A stretch of 64,000 nucleotides of DNA from positions 128,156,001 to 128,220,000 of the forward strand of contig NC_058368.1 of NCBI RefSeq assembly GCF_018350175.1. Direction: 5' to 3'. This document shows, in pieces, positions 51,261 through 61,622 of this stretch. The notes beneath the pieces were generated by a model. That model was not told the origin of the DNA. It made no database searches and saw nothing but the letters and a program-made list of their open reading frames with translations. Position 1 is the stretch's first letter, and every line of letters starts with the position of its first letter. This stretch comes from Felis catus (Eukaryota). The position numbers were made by a program, and so were the translations under genes.

Positions 51261-54200
51261 ATGACTCTAAACCCGCATCTTTCTATAACAACACTGAATG
51301 TAAATGGATTAAATGCGCCAACCAAAAGACATAGGGTATCAGAATGGATAAAAAAACAAGACCCATCTATTTGCTGTCTACAAGAGACTCATTTTAGACC
51401 TGAGGACACCTTCAGATTGAGAGTGAGGGGATAGAGAACTATTTATCATGCGACTGGAATCCAAAAGAAAGCTGGAGTAGCCATACTTCTATCAGACAAA
51501 CTAGACTTTAAATTAAAGGCTGTAACAAGAGATGAAGAAGGACATTATATAATAGTTACAAGGTCTATCCATCAGGAAGAGCTAACAATTATAAATGTCT
51601 ATGCGCCGAATACCGGAGCCCCCAAATATATAAAACAATTACTCATAAACATAAGCAACCTTATTGATAAGAATGTGGTAATTGCAGGGGACTTTAACAC
51701 CCCACTTACAGAAATGGACAGATCATCTAGACACACGGTCAATAAAGAAACAAGGGCCCTGAATGAGACATTGGATCAGATGGACTTGACAGATATATTT
51801 AGAACTCTACATCCCAAAGCAACAGAGTATACTTTCTTCTCGAGTGCACATGGAACATTCTCCAAGATAGATCATATACTGGGTCACAAAACAGCCCTTC
51901 ATAAGTTTACAAGAATTGAAATTATACCATGCATACTTTCAGACCACAATGCTATGAAGCTTGAAATCAACCACAGAAAAAAGTCTGGAAAACCTCCAAA
52001 AGCATGGAGGTTAAAGAACACCCTACTAACGAATGAGTGGGTCAACCAGGCAATTAGAGAAGACATTAAAAAATATATGGAAACAAACGAAAATGAAAAT
52101 ACAACAATCCAAACACTTTGGGACGCAGCGAAGGCAGTCCTGAGAGGAAAATACATTGCAATCCAGGCCTATCTCAAGAAACAAGAAAAATCCCAAATAC
52201 AAAATCTAACAGCACACCTAAAGGAACTAGAAGCAGAACAGCAAAGGCAGCCTAAACCCAGCAGAAGAAGAGAAATAATAAAGATCAGAGCAGAAATAAA
52301 CAATATAGAATCTAAAAAAACTGTAGAGCAGATCAACGAAACCAAGAGTTGGTTTTTTGAAAAAATAAACAAAATTGACAAACCTCTAGCCAGGCTTCTC
52401 AAAAAGAAAAGGGAGATGACACAAATAGATAAAATCCTGAATGAAAATGGAATTATTACAACCAATCCCTCAGAGATACAAACAATTATCAGGGAATACT
52501 ATGAAAAATTATATGCCAACAAATTGGACAACCTGGAAGAAATGGACAAATTCCTGAACACCCACACTCTTCCAAAACTCAATCAGGAGGAAATAGAAAG
52601 CTTGAACAGACCCATAAGCAGCGAAGAAATTGAATCGGTTCTCAAAAATCTCCCAACACATAAGAGTCCAGGACCAGATGGCTTCCCAGGGGAGTTCTAC
52701 CAGACGTTTAAAGCAGAGATAATACCTATCCTTCTCAAGCTATTCCAAGAAATAGAAAGGGAAGGAAAACTTCCAGACTCATTCTATGAAGCCAGTATTA
52801 CTTTGATTCCTAAACCAGACAGAGACCCAGTAAAAAAAGAGAACTACAGGCCAATATCCCTGATGAATATGGATGCAAAAATTCTCAATAAGATACTAGC
52901 AAATCGAATTCAACGGCATATAAAAAGAATTATTCACCATGACCAAGTGGGATTCATTCCTAGGATGCAGGGCTGGTTCAACATTCGCAAATCAATCAAT
53001 GTGATACATCACATTAACAAAAAAAAGGAGAAGAACCATATGATCCTGTCAATCGATGCAGAAAAGGCCTTTGACAAAATCCAGCACCCTTTCTTAATAA
53101 AAACCCTTGAGAAAGTCGGGATAGAAGGAACATACTTAAAGATCATAAAAGCCATTTATGAAAAGCCCACAGCTAACATCACCCTCAACGGGGACAAACT
53201 GAGAGCTTTTTCCCTGAGATCAGGAACACGACAAGGATGCCCACTCTCACCGCTGCTGTTTAACATAGTGCTGGAAGTTCTAGCATCAGCAATCAGACAA
53301 CAAAAGGAAATCAAAGGCATCAAAATTGGCAAAGATGAAGTCAAGCTTTTGCTTTTTGCAGATGACATGATATTATACATGGAAAATCCGATAGACTCCA
53401 CCAAAAGTCTGCTAGAACTGATACAGGAATTCAGCAAAGTTGCAGGATACAAAATCAACGTACAGAAATCAGTTGCATTCTTATACACTAACAATGAAGC
53501 AACAGAAAGACAAATAAAGAAACTGATCCCATTCACAATTGCACCAAGAAGCATAAAATACCTAGGAATAAATCTAACCAAAGATGTAAAAGATCTGTGT
53601 GCTGAAAACTATAGAAAGCTTATGAAGGAAATTGAAGAAGATTTAAAGAAATGGAAAGACATTCCCTGCTCATGGATTGGAAAAATAAATATTGTCAAAA
53701 TGTCAATACTACCCAAAGCTATCTACACATTCAATGCAATCCCAATCAAAATTGCACCAGCATTCTTCTCGAAACTAGAACAAGCAATCCTAAAATTCAT
53801 ATGGAACCACAAAAGGCCCCGAATAGCCAAAGGAATTTTGAAGAAGAAGACCAAAGCAGGAGGCATCACAATCCCAGACTTTAGCCTCTACTACAAAGCT
53901 GTCATCATCAAGACAGCATGGTATTGGCACAAAAACAGACACATAGACCAATGGAATAGAATAGAAACCCCAGAACTAGACCCACAAACGTATGGCCAAC
54001 TCATCTTTGACAAAGCAGGAAAGAACATCCAATGGAAAAAAGACAGCCTCTTTAACAAATGGTGCTGGGAGAACTGGACAGCAACATGCAGAAGGTTGAA
54101 ACTAGACCACTTTCTCACACCATTCACAAAAATAAACTCAAAATGGATAAAGGACCTAAATGTGAGACAGGAAACCATCAAAACCTTAGAGGAGAAAGCA

Positions 54201-55085
54201 GGAAAAGACCTCTCTGACCTCAGCCGTAGCAATCTCTTACTCGACACATCCCCAAAGGCAAGGGAATTAAAAGCAAAAGTGAATCACTGGGACCTTATGA
54301 AGATAAAAAGCTTCTGCACAGCAAAGGAAACAACCAACAAAACTAAAAGGCAACCAACGGAATGGGAAAAGATATTCGCAAATGACATATCGGACAAAGG
54401 GCTAGTATCCAAAATCTATAAAGAGCTCACCAAACTCCACACCCGAAAAACAAATAACCCAGTGAAGAAATGGGCAGAAAACATGAATAGACACTTCTCT
54501 AAAGAAGACATCCGGATGGCCAACAGGCACCTGAAAAGATGTTCAGCGTCGCTCCTTATCAGGGAAATACAAATCAAAACCACACTCAGGTATCACCTCA
54601 CGCCAGTCAGAGTGGCCAAAATGAACAAATCAGGAGACTATAGATGCTGGCGAGGATGTGGAGAAACGGGAACCCTCTTGCACTGTTGGTGGGAATGCAA
54701 ATTGGTGCAGCCGCTCTGGAAAGCAGTGTGGAGGTTCCTCAGAAAATTAAAAATAGACCTACCCTATGACCCAGCAATAGCACTGCTAGGAATTTATCCA
54801 AGGGATACAGGAGTACTGATGCATAGGGGCACTTGTACCCCAATGTTCATAGCACCACTCTCAACAATAGCCAAATTATGGAAAGAGCCTAAATGTCCAT
54901 CAACTGATGAATGGATAAAGAAAATGTGGTTTATATACACAATGGAATATTACGTGGCAATGAGAAAAAATGAAATATGGCCTTTTGTAGCAACGTGGAT
55001 GGAACTGGAGAGAGTGATGCTAAGTGAAATAAGCCATACAGAGAAAGACAGATACCATATGGTTTCACTCTTATGTGGATCCTGA
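51261..55085 (+). pseudogene. L1 ORF2 (endonuclease, reverse transcriptase, Cys-rich domain) with one premature TAG at codon 58
   Basis: [35 protein letters not shown] and HCWWEC motifs. The 3825-nt frame is interrupted only by TAG at 51432-51434. Confidence 0.95.
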
Positions 55086-56131
55086 GAAACTTAACAGGAA
55101 CCCATGGGGGAGGGGAAGGAAAAAAAAAAAAAAGAGGTTAGAGTGGGAGAGAGCCAAAGCATAAGAGACTGTTAAAAAGTGAGAACAAACTGAGGGCTGA
55201 TGGTGGGTGGGAGAAAGGAGAGGGTGGGTGATGGGTATTGAGGAGGGCACCTTTTGGAATGAGCACTGGGTGTTGTATGGAAACCAATTTGTCAATAAAT
55301 TTCATATATATATAAAAAAAAAAGAAATTGTGGTTTATATACACAATGGAATACTACGTGGCAATGAGAAAGAATGAAATATGGCCTTTTGTAGCAACGT
55401 GGATGGAACTGGAGAGTGTGATGCTAAGTGAAATAACCATACAGAGAAAGACAGATACCATATGGTTTCACTCTTATGTGGATCCTGAGAAACTTAACAG
55501 GAACCCATGGGGGAGGGGAAGGAAAAAAAAAAAAAAAAAGAGGTTAGAGTGGGAGAGAGCCAAAGCATAAGAGACTGTTAAAAAGTGAGAACAAACTGAG
55601 GGCTGATGGTGGGTGGGAGAAAGGAGAGGGTGGGTGATGGGTATTGAGGAGGGCACCTTTTGGAATGAGCACTGGGTGTTGTATGGAAACCAATTTGTCA
55701 ATAAATTTCATATATATATAAAAAAAAAGAAATTGTGGTTTATATACACAATGGAATACTACGTGGCAATGAGAAAGAATGAAATATGGCCTTTTGTAGC
55801 AACGTGGATGGAACTGGAGAGTGTGATGCTAAGTGAAATAAGCCATACAGAGAAAGACAGATACCATATGGTTTCACTCTTATGTGGATCCTGAGAAACT
55901 TAACAGAAACCCATGGGGGAGGGGAAGGAGGAAAAAAAAAAAAAAGAGGTTAGAGTGGGAGAGAGCCAAAGCATAAGAGACTGTTAAAAACTGAGAACAA
56001 ACTGAGGGTTGATGGGGGGTGGGAAGGAGGGGCGGGTGGGTGATGGGTATTGAGGAGGGCACTTTTTGGGATGAGCACTGGGTGTTGTATGGAAACCAAT
56101 TTGACAATAAATTTCATATATTAAAAAAAAA
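54917..56131 (+). repeat. Three tandem ~405-bp copies of the L1 3' end
   Basis: Units at about 54917-55320, 55321-55725 and 55726-56131. Each has the ORF2 terminus, G-rich tract, AATAAA and A tail. Confidence 0.97.
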
Positions 56132-57369
56132 AACAGTGAGTAAAGGAAACAGAAATATTAACAAGGAAAAGCTGCTCTGTTGTATTCCTAATAAAATAAA
56201 TATTAATCAAAGTAACAATGAAGTAGCATTCCCCCCCACCCCCATCAGATGAGCACTCAAGGTTGGTGGCGTGTGGGAGCAGCATGGAGTCACAGATCCT
56301 GCTAGGAGAGTCGACCAGTTCAACTTTCATGGTGAAAAATTTGGTAATTGCTTTCACCTAATAATTCTATGCTTAAGACTTCGTTTTACCAATACACTTC
56401 ACATATGTGCGATGTTGGAAACAGGAAAACACTCAAAGAACCCAAATTCCACTAGGAGGTTTTGAGGTACAGAAGTGATTTGACAAGCAAACAAGGAAAC
56501 ACTGTGCAGCCTTTAAAAAGAGTAAGACAACTCGACAGATTTCCTATCTCCAGAAGGTTGCAGTTGATAACCAATAAACATAGTTGTAAATTCGCAGACT
56601 CCACCTAGCCTAATTAGTAAACATTGTTTTTACTCTAATAGCAAAGCTTCTGTAACTGGAAAAACAAAAAACAAAAAAACCTGTTTTGTCTAGGATAACA
56701 GACATCCCAGAAAATTAACACAAATGGATTATGGATGGTTGACATGAACTTCACACCACCTCCCATAATTTTAAATTTTCTTTGTTATTAATTTCAGATC
56801 CATTTCAAGACACATCTCCTCCATGAATGTTTTCTCCTGTCCCTGTGCCTAGCACATGACAAGCCACCAGTGCCACCATCTCAAGAGGCAATACAGGAAC
56901 TATTCAAACTATCCCACATATTATCAGACCTACCTTTGCACCATCTCAGGAAAAGTGGAGTCTAAGGACTGTTGGAAATTATCACAGGATGAACCCTTAC
57001 TGAGTCCATAAGCTTAAGAAAAACGATGGCCACACCATCCAGCCAGGTGTTTTGAGTCAGAAACCTAAAGATCACACAAGATTTCTCCCTTTCTTTCTCC
57101 CCTACAACAGTTAATCAGCAAATCTTATGATCAGACTTTCAAACTAAAACTCAACTCCACTTCCTTCATCCACACTGCTGTCACTTGAATTGAGGCCACA
57201 ACAATCATGTGGGACTGCAAGAGACCACTAACCATCCTTCTCCCTTTCACTGACCCTGCCACTCTCCTCTGTATCCCAAACTTCTTGATTTCTGCTCAAG
57301 AACCCACCAGGAGTATGCATAATGGTTTTAAAAATGACTATGTGCACTGCTTTTTTTTTAAAGAAAAAA

Positions 57370-58060
57370 AAAAAGAAGGTGACTAGCTCTGCCTAAGATC
57401 AGGCAAGGTTTCAGAAGAAAAGACCCTTAGATCATTTCTTGAAGTACAAGCAGCAATTTTCCAGATGGGTGAAGTGTGTGTGGGAGAACACTTTGGGAAA
57501 AGGAATATCATGTACAAAGGCACTGAGGCGTGAATCAGCAGACTGTTTAGTAAACTACAGGCAGTTCAGGATGGGTAGGAAGCAAGGAGGGTGTGGGAGC
57601 AGTGAGGGAGGTAAATAGAATCTACCCATGAAGAGCCTGCTCCTATAAGGCATTCTGAGGAGTCTGACCACCTTCTTGTAGTCCAGTGGTTACTAGTGCT
57701 TTGGGGTCATGGCTGTTTCAAAGTCCAGTGAAACTATGAGCTGGCCTCTCAGCAATTAAAAAAAAGAAGAGAAAAGAAAAAGCACATTCACCAAAATAGT
57801 GGGTATAGTGTCCACAAATACCCTGAAGGCACAGAAATTGCTTGAACTTGAGGTCTAAAATTCTCTGATGGGCAACATGCCCATTTTTAGTTTGTAAAAG
57901 TGGCTGGAAGTACATACAACAAGCAGGAGGGTAATAGGATCCAATTTGTGTTTTAGAACAATAGCCAATTGTGTTGTGAAGAGATTAAAAATGATTAAGA
58001 CCAATGGTAAAATGAACAATTAAGACATCATTACAAACCTCTGGTTAGGATATGATGCAC
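57370..58060 (-). mobile_element. Ancient L2 fragment(s)
   Basis: atcaggcaaggtttcagaagaaaagacccttagat..atcatgtacaaaggcactgaggcgtgaa and atccaatttgtgttttagaacaat. Confidence 0.55.
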
Positions 58061-58089
58061 TGTCAAGAAATTGTTGAAAAAGAGTGATT

Positions 58090-59050
58090 CAAGCTATCAG
58101 ATATTTACATGCAATACAATAGTTAAAATGATGTGATATTGATCAAAAAAAAGGAGGTGGAGAAATCAACAAAAAAGAAAATCCATAGGCAGAATTGTGT
58201 ATTAAGTTTGCTCAGCTAAAACTTAAAAGAGAAAGGGTAGATCACTCAGTAAATCATTGTCAGGACAAATGGAAATCTATTTGGAAAAATACTGTTAAAG
58301 AACTTATATTTTCATACTCCAATACAAGAAAACAATTCCAGACAGATTAAGAACTGGATGAAAAGATAGAAAAAGTGTGTGTAATCTTGGGATGGAAAAG
58401 TCCTTGCTAAACCCAACACTGAAGGCAAGAACTTCACAAGAAAAACATGTTAAGACTCAACCACATGCACAAAAATTTCTCATGTAAAAGTATACCAAAG
58501 AAAAAACCCAAAAGGTGACTAAGAAAATGGGAAACATATTTACATTATAGAAAACCTATAGACAAATAACATACTGTCTGTACTACATAAATATCTTTAA
58601 TAAAATTAACTTAAAAATAAGCATCCCAAAAGAAAAGTAAGCAAAGAACATTAATAGCCAATTTACAAAAGAAAAAATGTCCAACCTCACTAGCATTTTA
58701 AGAAATGCAAATAAAACCACAGTGAGATACCATTTCCCCCATATCAGACTAGCAAAGTTTTTTAAAAACAATTACTTAAGATATGAGAAAATAGGCCCTC
58801 TCATGCACCACTAGAATAAATTGAAAGGAAATAACTTGCTGGAGGATAATTTGACAAAAATAACCAAACCTCTATAAATAAATACACTCTTTCACCCCAC
58901 CAGCTATGTTTCCAGAAGTGTTTTCTAAAGAAACAAGCGTGGCATAGCTACAAGGAAATACACAATTTTTGTAGTAGCAAAAAATTTAAATTTGATTGGC
59001 TAGGTAAATGGTATCTAACCATAAAATGTTCTCCACATGTAAAACAGGTA
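58090..59050 (+). mobile_element. Ancient L1 ORF2 3' fragment
   Basis: gaaatgcaaataaaaaccacagtgagataccattt..atcagactagcaaag and aattccagacagattaaga. Confidence 0.7.
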
Positions 59051-59096
59051 TGCTACAGAAGAATATTTAGAGAGATAGATGTTGACACCAATTTCT

Positions 59097-59155
59097 TTTT
59101 TTTATTTTTTAAATGTTTATTCATTTTTGAGAGAAAGACAGAGAGAGAGAGAGAC

Positions 59156-59210
<55 letters not shown>

Positions 59211-59372
59211 TAACAGGGGAGTAGTAGAGAGAAAAGGAGACACAGAATCTGAAGCAGGCTCCAGGCTCAGAGCTGTCAGCAGTGCCAGATGCGCAGCTCG
59301 AACTCATGAACCATGAGATCATGCCCTGAGCCAAAGACAGAGGCTTAACCAACTGAGCCCCTCAGGTGCCCC
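59097..59372 (-). mobile_element. Can-SINE with expanded (CT)n tract
   Basis: TSD ttgacaccaatttctt / ttgacacctatttctt. Confidence 0.95.
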
Positions 59373-61538
59373 TTGACACCTATTTCTTAAGGGAGAAAAC
59401 AAACAAGAAATAAAAAGGCTATAAAATGGTATTATCATATATTAGCCTAGCACAACCCCACTACCACCCCATGCTACTATACCTAAACAAGAGGATACAA
59501 GTTCGTGGACACATGAATTTAAAGTGCAATGAATTCAGCTGTGCTGACACAACAAATAATAACTGATTTCAATAGCAGTGGTAGTGGTAGTAGAAGAAAT
59601 AATAATAGAAATAATACATGACAGTAACCAAATGGAAGTCTGACTCACAGTTAATGTGTGAGTAACAAAATTCAGATGGGGAGCCAGGTTTCAATAAGCC
59701 CTTCAATAACCTGATGTAATACCTCTGGTGTAGTATGATGAAACTTGTTAAGTCTCCTCACACTGGGGTCTTGATTCTGTCCTGCTCCTTCCCTCTGGCA
59801 ATTCAGCCCAGAAATCAGAGGGAAAAATACATAGACGAAAACTACATACATATGGACAAGAAAACTATGATGGTACAGAAAAAGGTTTAGGTTGCTCTTG
59901 CAACCCCTGAGGGCCTCATCAAGTTCTCCAGGAGTGGCACAAGTTGATAACAGCTGGAGAATATTGCCCCAGGATTAATGGTCTGACAGCTATTTGGCAA
60001 CAGCCTTGGTATAAATTAGCACAGGAGGGATTGGATACTTTTCCGTGGCCTCCAGCTTACTTATGTGCACTGATCTCTAAGTATCCCAGTTTGTACAGAG
60101 CAGGGCAAAGGCCATGTTTTCATCCATTTCCAATATAATATTTTTATTTCAAAAGGTCTGTATGGGGCCCCTGAAAATCCATAAATATCATACAGATCAT
60201 TTGACCAACCAATAAAATTGTATCATATACTTCAGAACAGTGTCTCAATCAGCCTGTATTTCATTCTAATATATGTTATCATATAGTAACTATATGTTAC
60301 TATCATATAGTAACTGAAGTTACTATCAGTAATATGGAAGCATAATTTATAATGGAAAACCCAGGTCTCTAATTAATTCCCATTTGCAGGCTGATGTTTG
60401 TGATTGCTAATTCCTTTGCCTCTGAGTCTCTCCTTTCAAAACTGCAGACATGAGCGTTAGTCTAAGATGCAAGCAGTTGAACGCGAAGCAGACAAGAACA
60501 GCTTTTGAAATGGGGAGAGGGGAGAAGAAAGAAAACAAACACCCACACAAATGAGTGTGTGTTTAACAAGAGAAGTTATCTCAAAGGTCACAGACTGGTA
60601 GAGGAAATATGCTATTTACCAATGGTGGGGAAGGAAAAACCTCAAAGACACATAAAACTCATTCTAAATATTTGCCGCTCTGTGTTATTTAAACCCAGGA
60701 TGCATGAGCAACGGATAGCTGAGTACACACTGAGAACACCACGCTCAAGGGTCCAGCTCCCTTTCTCAGCAGCAAGAAGCTGCTTTCACAAGGACCACAC
60801 TGGTTTCAGCAGAATTATTATCATTACCCTGGGAAGGGAACCTCAGAGGATCTCTGTTTTTTCATCAGCAATTCTTTAGGGATATAATTTTTTAACCCCT
60901 TCTATTTATTTATAGTACATTCTAGTTCAATTCTTTTGATTAATTTCATGATTTTACTTCCTATCATTTGTGTGGAGTCCCACTCGTAAAACTTGCTTGA
61001 TCTATTTTGTTGACATTTATAGTCATTCCAAGTGGTAGATAATAATGAATGATATCTGTTAAGAGAAATCCAACTTTTAGTCAATTCTGAAAATTTACAC
61101 TGATGAAAAAGGCATCTTCCCCACAAATTAAAGAAATGTGACTTTCCCTTTATATTTTGGAATTTCCAGGAGGGATTATTTAAAAGCAAAACAATCCAGT
61201 TACCAGAAGAACTCAAAACAAAACCTTGGTGTTCTAAGACCTGACAGAATTTCTTGGAACATAATGTTATTAGTTTATAAACTTAAGCCAGGTACACAAA
61301 CGCCTGTCCTATACATGATATACAACATTTTGCTTCAGAAAAACCTTCAGTCATATTTTGACCATAAACATTCCTTGATAATCCCACCAATGGGAGCTTT
61401 GGACTATGTTTTACATTTCACATATATGCACGCAGGCAAAGATGTACATTCTCATTCTGGAGATGTTTATTTCCTTCCCCCACCCCTCCACCATCAACAA
61501 ACCCACACTTCTCTCCTGAAATATGTTTTCTCACTTAC

Positions 61539-61622
61539 CTTGGGCATAAAAATCCGAAACAGGATCACTGTTGCAGTGGAGCCAGCATCAGAATGTGGCC
61601 AAAGAAAATGAAATCTCAGTTC
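61539..61622 (-). other. Candidate 84-nt internal exon of an unidentified host gene
   Basis: Minus strand reads atttgtattgttggtag|GAACTG ... CCCAAG|gtaagt, with a consensus donor. Unique sequence; one frame is fully open (ELRFHFLWPHSDAGSTATVILFRIFMPK). Confidence 0.6.

Larger units (their letters stand above)
49161..56146 (+). mobile_element. Composite young LINE-1 insertion: TSD, ~210-bp 5' extra sequence, full-length L1, two extra 3'-end units, TSD
   Basis: Perfect 15-bp direct repeat aacagtgagtaaagg at 49161-49175 and 56132-56146, the second directly after the final poly(A). L1 proper starts near 49388 (gaggagagagggaagatggcggc). Confidence 0.93.

Noticed and set aside
50514..54247. Minus-strand ORFs of 60-150 aa inside the L1
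   Set aside because: These are expected antisense frames of A-rich L1 coding sequence, with no independent support.
50317..55085. APOBEC3 hypermutation as the cause of TGG>TAG and a few apparent G>A changes
   Set aside because: Too few sites, and no consensus alignment is available. It would need a significant G>A excess in GG/GA context.
61138..61611. 157-aa plus-strand ORF
   Set aside because: It starts at GTG, has no recognisable domain, and overlaps the better-supported minus-strand exon.
48202..61622. Assigning a gene symbol to the candidate exons
   Set aside because: I do not recognise the sequence or peptides; a database search is needed.
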